This document shows, in pieces, positions 28,001 through 38,479 of a stretch of 64,000 nucleotides of DNA (positions are counted from its first letter, which is position 1; each line of letters starts with the position of its first letter). Both the position numbers and the translations under genes were made by a program. The notes beneath the pieces are model-generated. The model saw only the letters and a program-made list of their open reading frames with translations, searched no databases and was not told the DNA's origin. The stretch comes from an uncultured virus (IMG/VR IMGVR_UViG_3300031994_005371) (taxonomy: Duplodnaviria > Heunggongvirae > Uroviricota > Caudoviricetes): the IMG/VR virus record IMGVR_UViG_3300031994_005371. One strand, 5' to 3'.

Positions 28001-29452
28001 ACGGTAAACCCGGAGCGTTTCAAGAAAATTGCGCAGGAGGTAGCGAAGGCCGCTGATAAAGCTCAAAAGTTTGCAGATGCGCTGGAGAGGCTCGGTGTCG
28101 CCTCCGACAACCGCACCCTACGTGACATTGCCGACGGCATTTCCGGCATTGCAGACATGGCAAACGAGGCCACTTCCGCGTTTACGAAAATGAGCGACGC
28201 ATACGCGAAAAGCGAAAAGGCCGGCGGCTGGCTCTCCAAAATGTTTTCTTCCGGCGCAGACGCTGGTTTTGCTGGTGGAATGATTGCCTTTACGATTGCG
28301 GCCAATATGAAAGTCCTTGAACTTTACGAGGCTGAAAAGGAAGCGGAGAAAGCATTTATCGCCGCGGCGCTTGATGCTCGTTCCGTAGGCCGTGGGCAGT
28401 TTACGTTCGCCAACTCGTTCTTTGGCTCCGACACTATGGCGGAAATAACCGAGCGCGTCGAGAAGCTCAACAAAATCCGCGAGTCTATGGATAGGTATTC
28501 CGAAGGCGCGGAAAATATGCAATTTACAACGAAGCATTACGGCTTTTGGCATAAGTTCTTCGGCTGGATGAACAATGAAAACTGGCGTAACGGCGAGCTT
28601 TTGCCCGATGATATGGCTTCGCTCAAACAACTTGCGGACGGACTCGGCCTCCAGCTTTACGACAAATACGGAAACCTGAACGCAGGAAGCCTTAAAGCTA
28701 TCAATGATACCTATGCCGACCTATCCGACGCGGAGCGCGAATGGCTGGATAGGGCTATCCACGACGCGGAGGATTACGCGGACATTATGAATGGCCTCGA
28801 GGACATTATGGACGATGTTTTTGGCGACATTGCCGGTGGCGCCGCTGATGCACTCGTCAATCAATGGGTGGAAGCCGGGAATGCTGCGCTTGATTATGTT
28901 GACATTCTCGATAATGTTGCCCGGTCCTACGCCAAAATGCTAATTCAGTCCACGATAATTGATAAGTTCCTTGAACCTATCAAGGGCGACGTGATAGACG
29001 CTTTCGGAAAGGGTGATTACGATACGGCCATGAAGCTAATCGCCGCCGCTATGGAGGACGTGAAAGAATCGGCTCCGTTAATGGAGAAAATTCTATCCGT
29101 ATTCGACCCGTATTTCAAGCGGGAGGAAGATGAGAGTTCAAGCTCCTCCGAGGCTAATTCCCTCGGCCACGGTATTAAGGGAATCACCGAGGAAACCGCC
29201 TCGCTTCTGGCCTCCTACCTTAACGCAATCCGGGCAGACGTATCGGTGATGCGGGCTCTCCAGGAAAAGGGCTGGGAGAATATCGAGGCGCTGGCCGGGG
29301 TGCTTACGCCTTCGCTTGCTGATTACGTCCAGCAGATTGCCGCCAACACCTACAACGCCGCGCAGGATACCAATGCTATCCTTGCAGAACTGCGCTCCGT
29401 TATCGGCCCGGCTGGCACAAGCGGCGACGTTGTGAGGGTTGAAATGGCGTAA
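25070..29452 (+). CDS. Tape measure protein
   Basis: 1460-aa helical protein; LLETTKMLGDVASG, AYGHVKSSG, GGKFYQMQE. Confidence 0.92.
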   Translation: MAGTIESLDFEVILKDDKFKKSIDNDLKLARELNTRLTDILNLKKRLNNETTTQLVNAEKVRQAEAKTAQEIAKTALEQQKVATEVERTRILQEKHTGAAKKTTAEYVNMKSVLRTLSQLTGVAFSVVGIRRFLESMIDITGQFEVQRMALRNMLQDVDGADKIFEDLYRFSSDSTYRFSELAKYAKQLSAFNIDKGSLLETTKMLGDVASGVGVSMDRLILAYGHVKSSGFLRGIQLRSFSQNGVPILDELAKMFSETEKRAVSLGEVFDRMTKREIPFEMVEEAFRRMTSEGGKFYQMQEVLAKTLAGQINILKGRWENMLAAIGQANSGPIKDVVSTVSNLIANYDQLGRKIAELIVVYGAYKAAVFLMTAVSEGLFVATFNLRLAFEKLELALLKNPFALIAATVTATGYALYQFNTALSDSEKITQTAERGVQKYRASLESEKAELERLFAKLKYATEGTKEYDAAKLAIQNRFGPYLKQLQDEGVAVDNLAGTYDNLKKKITEAQMARFFESESDSVSKSYATATDNIYSSFKKTMEAHKVAIDEQEAIWHYITTGEYLGNDRNKLGLQVGTIGLPGSFTYKDFGRSALSLRKDFEAATTAYDAGMSMLEDVLEVHKRRIAQTGGETADELTYNIASIVEGIKKYDKDIQAIRDKAKKGSITADEKTTLASLVASRKEQADLYKEIMGVDYDKGTRRSERASEKAEKDAINRLKTRIALLEKYLSIYEKIEPIKGEKTADWLAETMGGKPGDYKDLDKQILALTGELRKLGDAGTEAADAIEARLGLDAASQLVKQFKADKKAAEDAEKALNKYLDALEKWADKTQEITGVGSAGKISKAIAAYRKALADNDTKFRNMAVLGTSAYSDDITGQGREIGKLMNLWAQNRANAMADLRSKLNEYADDILKEQLEGFDLTNWNDKTLSQIDAIKAALEGMEVPEDIKLMLKDYPELLKELSEKLAELANAKLANTVNPERFKKIAQEVAKAADKAQKFADALERLGVASDNRTLRDIADGISGIADMANEATSAFTKMSDAYAKSEKAGGWLSKMFSSGADAGFAGGMIAFTIAANMKVLELYEAEKEAEKAFIAAALDARSVGRGQFTFANSFFGSDTMAEITERVEKLNKIRESMDRYSEGAENMQFTTKHYGFWHKFFGWMNNENWRNGELLPDDMASLKQLADGLGLQLYDKYGNLNAGSLKAINDTYADLSDAEREWLDRAIHDAEDYADIMNGLEDIMDDVFGDIAGGAADALVNQWVEAGNAALDYVDILDNVARSYAKMLIQSTIIDKFLEPIKGDVIDAFGKGDYDTAMKLIAAAMEDVKESAPLMEKILSVFDPYFKREEDESSSSSEANSLGHGIKGITEETASLLASYLNAIRADVSVMRALQEKGWENIEALAGVLTPSLADYVQQIAANTYNAAQDTNAILAELRSVIGPAGTSGDVVRVEMA

Positions 29453-29565
29453 ATCCATTGGCCCTTTTAACTCGCTATCAATAAGCGCGTTATATTACTT
29501 TCAAATCAATACATTTCAATACTTTTTGGCCCTTATAGGGCCAAATTGCTTAAAATTGTGACGCT

Positions 29566-30087
29566 ATGTTGTACGTTCCTTCCATATCCGATTATAAGCC
29601 GTTCTATATCCAGCTTGAAACCGGCTTTGCCATTGACATTCTCAAAGACTACTCCGTGATTGTGCGCTCGCAGGACTATCCTTCGACGCTCAAAGTCAAA
29701 GAGCCGTTCAAAAACCAATGGAAAGACCAGCATGGGGACGAGGAATATATCGCCCCGGAAGGCTTGAAATACGAGGCCTTCTCGTTCAAGCTGGAGTGCG
29801 CCATGTTCGCAAGGAACAACACGGAGGCGCTCGCGATTGCCGACCTCAAAAACGGCATGAGGGCCTTTCAAAATCTTCTCTCGCAGGGGTTCCTGAAAAC
29901 CTACGACGCTTATACCGGTTACGGATTCCGGCAGGTACGGCTCCAAGAGTTCCCAACCCCGGAGGCGGGGGCTTTCTCTGTATGGAACAACTGCACCCGT
30001 ATTCTTTTCCAAGTGGTTCTGAAGGTGAATGACCCGGCAACAAGCATGATTTACAACGCCGCAAACAACTTTATCGTGGAGGGCTAA
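29566..30087 (+). CDS. Putative distal tail protein
   Basis: Immediately after tape measure; WKDQHGDEEY. Confidence 0.6.
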   Translation: MLYVPSISDYKPFYIQLETGFAIDILKDYSVIVRSQDYPSTLKVKEPFKNQWKDQHGDEEYIAPEGLKYEAFSFKLECAMFARNNTEALAIADLKNGMRAFQNLLSQGFLKTYDAYTGYGFRQVRLQEFPTPEAGAFSVWNNCTRILFQVVLKVNDPATSMIYNAANNFIVEG

Positions 30088-30090
30088 TCT

Positions 30091-33000
30091 ATGGCAAGGT
30101 TTGATATAATCCAGAATAACGCACCAATAGCAAACGGGGCTCCGACCTTTACGGGTGCTTACATGAAGCCCGGTGTGCTTACGTTCCGGGAAATTGCCTC
30201 GCCAAGCCCGATAAACTGGCGCATCGGCTCCTATGTGGATTATCCTCGCACGGGGCTCCGATACTACCTTTACAACATACCGCAAGTCAAAAAACAAGCG
30301 GGATTCAAGACTCACGGGGCCGCGTATGTGTATCAAAACGTACAACTGCATGACGCGACCTATGAGCTTGAAATCTGCCCGTTCCGCGATTTGGTCTATG
30401 ATGATAACCGGGTGCATTTTTCCACGCAGAGCGCCATTAGCGTTTTCGACGACGTGGCCGGTATTGCCGAGCGGGTGCAGGCGTGCCTTGACAATTTCCA
30501 CCCTGGGGCATGGGTTGTTCGCCTTGCAACAGAGGAAATGGGGGCCTCTACCGAACTTTTGGCCCTCATGCAAGAGGAACGCGAGTTCGTCGTTTCCGGC
30601 GTTACCCTTCAGGGGGTAATGGATAAAGTCTATGAGATTTGGCCGGAGGTTGGCTACGTCTATTCGTTTGAGAACGGAAAGCACGTCTTGACGATTGGCG
30701 GTGCTGGCCTTAACGGCTTTGGCGAAACATACAGATACGGCAAAGGCCACGGCCTTGTGGCGCTGACGAAAACCGCCGCAAGTCCGGAGGAAATCGCCAA
30801 CCGGCTTTACGTTTACGGCTCGGCCCGGAACATGCTTCCCAACTGGTACAACAAGCAGGAAATCCACGGTGCGGAGTCCGTCGATATTCAAAACTTGATG
30901 ATTCCGATTGGGCCGGTGGACGGGAGCGCGGTCAAGTACGTTTATAACGGAAAAATCTACACCTACGAAGGCAAGATTTACACCTACCCCGGTGCGGTCA
31001 GTCACTATGCCGGTTGGGGTATTACTGACGGACTCCCCGACCCCGCGAAGGCTTATATTGAGGACGCGGCCTCGATTGCGGCCCGTGGACTCCGTGCAAA
31101 GAGCATCTACTTTGACGGCTCCGGCGACCTGAAAGAAATCTACCCCACGATTGAGCGGGTGACGATTGCCGAGGTGCGCGACGCAAGCCCCAGCTACGTT
31201 CCTGCGTCAAGCTGGCCTGACGCGCAGCGGGTTGATGAAGTCTATGCCGTTACCCCGGTCGCCGATGACGGCCTTTCAGGCGCTGACGGCAAGGCTTTCC
31301 TCCAGCGCGAAACCGAGGACTTCGCCAACTCGTTCCAAGAAACCGTTTCAGCAGCGAGCGTTGCCGCTTTCCGTCTTTTCACAAAGCGCATAACCGCTAC
31401 CGTTGCCGGGGCCTTGAAAATCAATCAGTCCGTCAAGATTAACGGCTGGCTGTCCGGGAACATAACCGGCGTGGACGTGTACTTTGAGCTGGCGAAGGTT
31501 CAGACTGGTGGAATGTCTTACGTTATCAAGAGCGTAAAGCAGACGTGTGAATACAACGCAGACGAAGGCGCGTATCATGTCGTTGGCGCTGACCTTGACG
31601 CTGGAAAAATCGAGGTCGAGGCCGGTGACTCCTTCGAGGTCCGCGTGACGCTTTCCGTTTCCAACGTGAACGGAGCGCAAACTGAATCCTTCAGCTACTC
31701 CGGCGACGGCTATTTGGATTTCCAAATTGGCAACTACCGCGCCTCTACTTTCACTATCCAAATCCCGCAAATCGGCTTCGATATTGCCGAGCAGGCGGCT
31801 TTGGGCGAAGGCATGACGCTGGCCTTCCGGTCCGGCAAGTGCGCCGGGCGCGAGTTCAAGATTAAAAGCGTTGAGTACCGGCAGGCAACCGACACATGGC
31901 TCCTTGAAGTAATCCGCTCCGAGGATGAGTCTTTGGCCCAATGGTTCCCGAACACGGACTACCAAATTGAGGTTGGCGACCACTTTGTTTTGCTGGATAT
32001 TGCCATGCCGGGAATGTATATCAACATTGCCGAGAAGCGGCTCCTTGCGTCCGCGCAGGAGGTGCTGGCCGACGTAGCCAAAGAGCAATGGCAGTACACC
32101 CCGGATATTGACGCAAAATTTATGGTTGAGAGCGGGCGCGTCCTTCTCCCGGCCCAGAACATAACCCTTGAAGATGATATTGTTCCCGGCGGCACGACGA
32201 GGATTCTCATTGACTCGGTAACTATCAACGAGGGCGAGGCCGCTATCCCGACTTACAAGGTCACCTTGAGGGACAAAAAGAAAAAGTCCTATTCCGACAA
32301 GGCTTCCGTTACTCCGATTTCCTCCCGTCCGGTTGAGGAGGTCCAGACCACGGCAACCTCGTCCGAATCCTCTTCCGGCGGTGGTTCCGGCTCCGGCCAC
32401 ACCCACGATAATAAAGCCGACCTTGACAAGCTCGGCACGGACGGGCTTTATATTACGATTAACGGCTCAAAAGCGCAGGCGGGATATGCCGACCGTGCGG
32501 GCAGCGCACCGGCGGCAACCGAGGCGGAGCACGCGCTCGAGGCCGACCATGCCGACACCGCAGACGAGGCCGAGCACGCTGAAATGGCAGACGAGGCGGA
32601 ACACGCCAAGAACGCCGACCTTGCTACGCGGGCCACGACCGCTGACTACGCGCTGGATTCCGACAAATGGGACGGTGCGCAGTTTGGTGACTACCTTAAT
32701 CAGCCGGTCCGCACGACGGACGACGTGGCGTTTAACAAAGTCACTACGCCTGAAGTATCCTCCCGCAAGGTTGCCTCCCCGGACTTTACCGAGGGGCCGC
32801 TCGGCGCTGGATTCCGCCTTTGGAAAAACGCGCAGGGAAACGCAGAGCTGGAGCTTGATAGTATCACCGTCCGCAAAACGCTGAAGGTGTTTGAGCTTAT
32901 CATTCAGCAGCTCAAATATCAAGGCGGCATGGTGATTTACTCCGCCGCCTCCGCCGTGTGTACCGAGGTTGAAGAGCTTTCCAACGGCTATAAGTGCTAT

Positions 33001-36000
33001 ATCGACACCAAAGAGGACGAAAACGGACGGATTCAAGAGCCGAATCTCTTTGTTGTTGGCGACCAAGTGCGCTGCCAGCGATTCCAGCTCGGCACGACCG
33101 TTGCCAAATACTACTGGAGGCTCGTTACCGCCGTTGGCGATGACTACATTGTACTGTCAAAGACCGACTGCGACACGGGTTCCGATGCTCCGGAGGCTGG
33201 CGACAACATGATTCAGCTCGGCCACCGGACCAACACCAGCCGTCAAAGCGCAAAAGTCACTACCACGATTGACGGCAATTCCCCTCGCGATGATTACTAC
33301 AAGGGAATCAACTCCTACGACCTGACCGGCAAGCTGATTACCACCGTTGGCGTTCGTGACGGCGAGGTTGGCGTTTATACCAAGAACGGAGAATTTACGG
33401 GCCGGGTTGTAATCACCGGCGGCTCCGGCCTGCAGGAGCTTGACGAGTGGGCCGATTTGTCGCAGTCTATCGCAGACGCGGCCCAGGCCGCCGCCGATGC
33501 GCAGGCAGACGCGGACCGGGCCAACGCCGCATTGGCCGAGTGGGCCTCCGACGGGTATATTTCCCCCGTTGAAAAAGAGCCGCTCTCTAACCAATGGACG
33601 GACGTTCGTAACGAGTACTCCCAAATTATTGCCGATGCGACTCGCTACGGCGTTGACTTCTCCGCTTTCACGGCGGCTTATACCATTGCAAATGCCGCGT
33701 TCCAAAAATACACCGCCAATCCGACCGAAAGCACGGCCAAAGAAGCGGACTATGACAATATCGCCGCCTATTATGCCGCAAGAGCGACGATTTTAGGCAA
33801 TATCGCCGCCGCGTCAAAGGGTTTAATCACCACGGCCCAAAACACGGCAAATAGCGCCGTTTCTGCTGCGGCAGCGGCCCAACTTGCAGCCGATACCGCG
33901 CAGGCGAAAGCCGATGCGCTGGAAGTGGCCCTTGCGTTGCTGAATGACGATACGGTGCTGGACCAGTCCGAGAAAAACATTATCCGTACCGAGTGGATTA
34001 CCATTAACGGGATTGAGGATTTGGGACGCACTGGCGCAAAGGGCTCTTACATAACCACAAAGAACCTCTTTGAGCAATACCGCTCCGTAGGCGGACAGGT
34101 CAAGTACTCCATGAACGGGCGTATTTACACGTTCGGGAATTTGATTTACACTTACAGCGAAATCGGTGTTTCGGCCCTTGATGCGGCTTACCTTGCTCTC
34201 CGCGAGTTCCTTCGCAGTGTTGGGCTGAATGACCGTGATTCCGTCTTTGAGGGCTTCGACCGGGCGCAATTCGCGAGCCTTCTTACCGACTACTACGACG
34301 CGGAGCTCCGCGTAAACGATAATATCAATAAGGCCATTCAGCGCCAGATTGAGGACGCGAAGGCGGAGCTCCTCGCTGATATTACCGGCTTTGAGAGCGC
34401 GATTGAGCAGACGATTCAGGACATGAAGGACGTGCTGGATAACACGATTGAAACGTGGTTTGGCACGGGCGTTCCTGATTTGACTAACTATCCAGCCTCC
34501 CAGTGGCAACCGTCCGAGTACGAATCCCATATTGGGGATTTGTACTATGATGACAATACCGGCGTAGGTTATCGTTTCCAGCTTAACGAGGCAACCAGCA
34601 CTTACTACTGGAATATCCTCCAAGACACGACCGCAACCGCCGCCCTTGCACTGGCCCGCCAAGCAAAGGACACCGCAGACGGAAAGCGCCGGGTGTTCCT
34701 CGCCCAGCCTACCGATGCGCAGGCATACGACGAGGGCGACCTTTGGCTTCACGCCACTATCGGGGCTTATACTGATGAAACGCTCGTTTGCCGGAGCGCC
34801 AAAGCAGCCGGGGTTGCTTTCAATGCCGGTGACTGGACTACTGCCACAAAGTACACGGACGATACGGTAGCAAATGCCGCGCAGGCTGCTGCTAACGCCG
34901 CCCAGCAAACCGCGGACAATGCCGCCACCGCCGCCTCGCGTGCTCAAACGACCGCCGATAATGCCGCTACCGTTGCCAATGCTGCCACAACAAGGCTCGA
35001 TAATTGGGCTAACGACGGGTATGTTTCCCCGACCGAAAAGCTCGCCCTCAAACAGCAGAAAGAGGAGGTTGATTCGGACTATACGGAGATTATCGCCGAC
35101 GCTGGCCGGTATGCCGTATCCACGACCGCGTTTGTTGCCGCCTATAATGCCGCCGTAACGGCTTTCAACAAATATACGGCCTCCACCCCGGAGCTTATCG
35201 AGATAACGGCTGATTTCGGGAATATCGCGGCATACTATGATGCGCGTGCAACTATCCTTGACACAATCGCGGTTGCGGCCAAGAAAGTTGCTACTGACGC
35301 GCAGGCCGCTGCTGATGCGGCCCAGCAAACGGCAAACGCCGCTGGTAGTGCCGCCGCCCTTGCTCAAACCGCCGCAGACAACGCGGCCACCGCTGCGGCT
35401 ACGGCTCAATCTACTGCCAATGCGGCCAAATCTATTGCCGAGGCCGCTCGCGACAAGCTCGCCACATGGGGCTCGGACGGCTATATTTCCCCGACGGAAA
35501 AGACGGCTTTAATTCAGCAGTTCAAAGACGTTCAAACCGAGCGCGACCAGATTGTAGCGCAGGCCACGTCCTACTCCGTTTCCACTACGGCCTATCTCGC
35601 CGCCTACGCCGCCGCCGTTTCCGCTTTCAACAAGTACACCGCGGCCACCCCGGAATCTATCGCCGTGGAGTCCGATTACGCGAATATCGCGGCTTACTAT
35701 GACGCGCGGACACTGATTCTCGATGCGATTTCTACCGCCGCAAAGAAGGCGGCAGATGACGCGCAGGCAACCGCAAACGACGCAGCGGCTTTGGCCCAAG
35801 ACGCTATGGATGCCGCGGAGGCCGTTGCCGAGGCGCTGGAAAAGATTAACCTTGATGCGGTTTTGGACCAGTCCGAGAAGGAGGCTATCCGCACCACATG
35901 GACCGGCATTAACGGCATTGTTTCCACCGGCGCAATGGGAACGACCGGCACTTACTACGCGGCAAAGCAAATGATTGAGGGCGTTTCCCGCACTGGCCTT

Positions 36001-38205
36001 CCGGTCAAATACACTTTCAACGGAAAGGTTTATACATTCCGTGGTGCTTATGACGAGGAAACAGAAACCTACGGGCGCGTCGTTTACACGATGAACAATA
36101 TCGGCGAGGGCGCTCTCGATGCGGCCTACCTCGCCCTCCGCGAGTATCTTAACTCCGTCCAGCTCAACATTGACGGCGAGTTTACCGGCTTTGACCGCGA
36201 CACTTACGCCAAGCTCCTCCGTGACTATAACGTTGCGCTTAATAACGTGATGAAGGTGCTTTCCGACATTGCGAAGAAAGCTGCCGACGATGCGCAAAAC
36301 ACGGCAAACGAGGCTTTGACTGATGCGCGTGCCGCCGTGGGCCAACTTACCCTTTGGGGTGCGGACGGCGCTATCTCCCCTATGGAAAAGCGCGGGCTCG
36401 TCCAAATCAAGGCAGACATTACCAAAGAGCGCGATACGCTTGTTGCAAAGGCCGTTATTTACGGGGCGGACTATACCGAGTTCCAGCAGGCGTACACCCG
36501 GGCTATTACGGCCCTTAACAAGTACACCGCCGACTTAACCACCACGCAGGCCCGTGACGAGGATTACGAATATATTGCCGCATACTACGGCTACCGCGAT
36601 GCACTTGCCCGAAACGTGGACGAGCGCGAGAAGGCGGTTATTGACGCAAAGGCCGCTAAAAGCGACGTGGAGTATCTCACCCGGGCTCTCGCGAAAGACG
36701 ACACGGTTATTCAGGGTGGCGTTGTGCTTTCCTCTTTCATTGGAGTTAAGCGCAATAGCTCCGTGAAGGCCGCTATCAACGCCTCCGGCTCCGTGGCCGG
36801 ATTCAGCGGCTCCACGCACGGAGTACTGATGATTGCCGCCGGCATCACCACTCTTGCGCAGGCAAAGGACAACGCCACTTTCCGCGTGTTTGAGGACGGC
36901 TTTATTGTCGCAACCGCCGGACTTATCGGCGGGTTTAATATCGGTGCGAGTGCTATCTATAACGGCATGACCTCTTATGCCGACCAGTCCCATAACGGCG
37001 TTTATATCGGTACGGACGGAATCGCCCTCGGCGGTGGCAAGATTACCATGCACAACACGGGAGCCTTCCGAGCAATCGACGCGATTATTCAGGGCAAGAT
37101 TATCGCTACCGAGCTTGACCTTACGAACGCGACCATATCCGGCCTTGATTATAGCGACGTTAATAATACACCCGACTTGACTGTTTATGTCGCAAAAGAC
37201 GGGACGATTGGCAATACACCCGCAGAGGGCGTGACGGGATTCTTCCTTTCCTCTACCGGGCTTTTGAGAGCAAGTAACGCCTTGATTTACGGTACGCTTT
37301 ACTCTACGGCTGGAATGATTGGCGGCTGGACGCTTTCGACAAATCGCCTTTACTCCGGCTCCTCCAACAACTACGTCGGGATAAGCTCCAACACCAGCGA
37401 TACTTACGCATTTTGGGCCGGAGCGTCCACCGGCGCGAGCGCCCCGTTCAGTGTAACACGCACGGGCGCGATTAAGGCTACAAGTGGAGCGATTGGCGGG
37501 TTTGATATTAGCGACGACCACTTGGGTATCACCGGAACGCAACCGACGCCGGGCGGCACACCGAGTTCTACGACGAATGGTGCGGCGCTTTATCCCACCT
37601 ACCTGCAGTTCAAGAGGAGTAATAGCAATGTAAAGGGCCGCTTGACTATCGGCGCTTCTATTTACCAAGATAGCTACGTTGGCGGCGAGGCGCTTGAAAT
37701 ATGGCTTGACGGACTCGGGAAAACCGCGTCTGTACCTATCTACGGAAGGGGTATCAGTGTTGATGTTACTCGTTTCCAAAAGAACATTGCGATAGACTGC
37801 TTGAACGGCATGATAGCCGGCTTGCGCCCGCTTATATACTACTCTACCGGTGGATTTATTTATACCGATAGGCTTGCCTCCGACTACCCGGCCCGCGCTC
37901 ATACGATTATCGTAAACAACACCTCCGGACAAAACGGAACGCTGTATGTTTCTTCCAATCCGCAGGACGGCGAAGAGTATCTGCTCATACATACTTCTAC
38001 GAACGCATTTTACATATCGCCCAGAAATAACGCGCACCCGATTTTTGTTCAGCATGATGGAACATGGCACGTCGGTATGAGCGTGACTTCTATTCAAACA
38101 ACCTCCAGGGAAATGTGCTACTTGATTTATAGCGCATCCATGACTACTACAATTAACGGAACAACCTATACCGGTTGTTGGATTTGCCAATTCTTCCATA
38201 ACTAA
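30091..38205 (+). CDS. Giant tail tip/central fibre protein (2704 aa) with internal repeats
   Basis: Hub-like N-terminus (YRYGKGHGL, NRLYVYGSARN), Ala-rich coiled coils, G-x-I-G-G-F/W repeats. Confidence 0.85.
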   Translation: MARFDIIQNNAPIANGAPTFTGAYMKPGVLTFREIASPSPINWRIGSYVDYPRTGLRYYLYNIPQVKKQAGFKTHGAAYVYQNVQLHDATYELEICPFRDLVYDDNRVHFSTQSAISVFDDVAGIAERVQACLDNFHPGAWVVRLATEEMGASTELLALMQEEREFVVSGVTLQGVMDKVYEIWPEVGYVYSFENGKHVLTIGGAGLNGFGETYRYGKGHGLVALTKTAASPEEIANRLYVYGSARNMLPNWYNKQEIHGAESVDIQNLMIPIGPVDGSAVKYVYNGKIYTYEGKIYTYPGAVSHYAGWGITDGLPDPAKAYIEDAASIAARGLRAKSIYFDGSGDLKEIYPTIERVTIAEVRDASPSYVPASSWPDAQRVDEVYAVTPVADDGLSGADGKAFLQRETEDFANSFQETVSAASVAAFRLFTKRITATVAGALKINQSVKINGWLSGNITGVDVYFELAKVQTGGMSYVIKSVKQTCEYNADEGAYHVVGADLDAGKIEVEAGDSFEVRVTLSVSNVNGAQTESFSYSGDGYLDFQIGNYRASTFTIQIPQIGFDIAEQAALGEGMTLAFRSGKCAGREFKIKSVEYRQATDTWLLEVIRSEDESLAQWFPNTDYQIEVGDHFVLLDIAMPGMYINIAEKRLLASAQEVLADVAKEQWQYTPDIDAKFMVESGRVLLPAQNITLEDDIVPGGTTRILIDSVTINEGEAAIPTYKVTLRDKKKKSYSDKASVTPISSRPVEEVQTTATSSESSSGGGSGSGHTHDNKADLDKLGTDGLYITINGSKAQAGYADRAGSAPAATEAEHALEADHADTADEAEHAEMADEAEHAKNADLATRATTADYALDSDKWDGAQFGDYLNQPVRTTDDVAFNKVTTPEVSSRKVASPDFTEGPLGAGFRLWKNAQGNAELELDSITVRKTLKVFELIIQQLKYQGGMVIYSAASAVCTEVEELSNGYKCYIDTKEDENGRIQEPNLFVVGDQVRCQRFQLGTTVAKYYWRLVTAVGDDYIVLSKTDCDTGSDAPEAGDNMIQLGHRTNTSRQSAKVTTTIDGNSPRDDYYKGINSYDLTGKLITTVGVRDGEVGVYTKNGEFTGRVVITGGSGLQELDEWADLSQSIADAAQAAADAQADADRANAALAEWASDGYISPVEKEPLSNQWTDVRNEYSQIIADATRYGVDFSAFTAAYTIANAAFQKYTANPTESTAKEADYDNIAAYYAARATILGNIAAASKGLITTAQNTANSAVSAAAAAQLAADTAQAKADALEVALALLNDDTVLDQSEKNIIRTEWITINGIEDLGRTGAKGSYITTKNLFEQYRSVGGQVKYSMNGRIYTFGNLIYTYSEIGVSALDAAYLALREFLRSVGLNDRDSVFEGFDRAQFASLLTDYYDAELRVNDNINKAIQRQIEDAKAELLADITGFESAIEQTIQDMKDVLDNTIETWFGTGVPDLTNYPASQWQPSEYESHIGDLYYDDNTGVGYRFQLNEATSTYYWNILQDTTATAALALARQAKDTADGKRRVFLAQPTDAQAYDEGDLWLHATIGAYTDETLVCRSAKAAGVAFNAGDWTTATKYTDDTVANAAQAAANAAQQTADNAATAASRAQTTADNAATVANAATTRLDNWANDGYVSPTEKLALKQQKEEVDSDYTEIIADAGRYAVSTTAFVAAYNAAVTAFNKYTASTPELIEITADFGNIAAYYDARATILDTIAVAAKKVATDAQAAADAAQQTANAAGSAAALAQTAADNAATAAATAQSTANAAKSIAEAARDKLATWGSDGYISPTEKTALIQQFKDVQTERDQIVAQATSYSVSTTAYLAAYAAAVSAFNKYTAATPESIAVESDYANIAAYYDARTLILDAISTAAKKAADDAQATANDAAALAQDAMDAAEAVAEALEKINLDAVLDQSEKEAIRTTWTGINGIVSTGAMGTTGTYYAAKQMIEGVSRTGLPVKYTFNGKVYTFRGAYDEETETYGRVVYTMNNIGEGALDAAYLALREYLNSVQLNIDGEFTGFDRDTYAKLLRDYNVALNNVMKVLSDIAKKAADDAQNTANEALTDARAAVGQLTLWGADGAISPMEKRGLVQIKADITKERDTLVAKAVIYGADYTEFQQAYTRAITALNKYTADLTTTQARDEDYEYIAAYYGYRDALARNVDEREKAVIDAKAAKSDVEYLTRALAKDDTVIQGGVVLSSFIGVKRNSSVKAAINASGSVAGFSGSTHGVLMIAAGITTLAQAKDNATFRVFEDGFIVATAGLIGGFNIGASAIYNGMTSYADQSHNGVYIGTDGIALGGGKITMHNTGAFRAIDAIIQGKIIATELDLTNATISGLDYSDVNNTPDLTVYVAKDGTIGNTPAEGVTGFFLSSTGLLRASNALIYGTLYSTAGMIGGWTLSTNRLYSGSSNNYVGISSNTSDTYAFWAGASTGASAPFSVTRTGAIKATSGAIGGFDISDDHLGITGTQPTPGGTPSSTTNGAALYPTYLQFKRSNSNVKGRLTIGASIYQDSYVGGEALEIWLDGLGKTASVPIYGRGISVDVTRFQKNIAIDCLNGMIAGLRPLIYYSTGGFIYTDRLASDYPARAHTIIVNNTSGQNGTLYVSSNPQDGEEYLLIHTSTNAFYISPRNNAHPIFVQHDGTWHVGMSVTSIQTTSREMCYLIYSASMTTTINGTTYTGCWICQFFHN

Positions 38206-38212
38206 TAATGCC

Positions 38213-38476
38213 ATGAAAAAAATTGATTTTCAGCACTTCAAAATGTTTCAAGACATTGCCCATGAGCAAGTATTAGAAACAGACGCAAGGAAAGACCTCG
38301 CGGACCTCCTTTACAAGAATGTGAACGGGGTTGCGGCCCTTGACCTTGCCATGCGCATCTTCAAATCAAACGGGGAAATGGAACTCTCCGAGGACGATTT
38401 GAAAATCCTCCAGCCGTTTATTGAGGGTGGATTTACCCCGGCCTTCATCGACTCTTTTAACTCAAATCTCAAATAG
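38213..38476 (+). CDS. Small tail-associated hypothetical protein
   Basis: ORF between tail genes. Confidence 0.65.
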   Translation: MKKIDFQHFKMFQDIAHEQVLETDARKDLADLLYKNVNGVAALDLAMRIFKSNGEMELSEDDLKILQPFIEGGFTPAFIDSFNSNLK

Positions 38477-38479
38477 CCT

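Noticed and set aside
19075..29521. 19-bp inverted repeats as ends of an invertible 10-kb segment
   Set aside because: Inversion would separate the tape measure from the tail tip genes; promoter context favours operator sites, though not formally excluded
33823..38214. Long minus-strand ORFs (528, 298, 559 aa)
   Set aside because: Antisense shadows of the codon-biased tail gene; the same applies to shadows over the portal, helicase and tape measure genes
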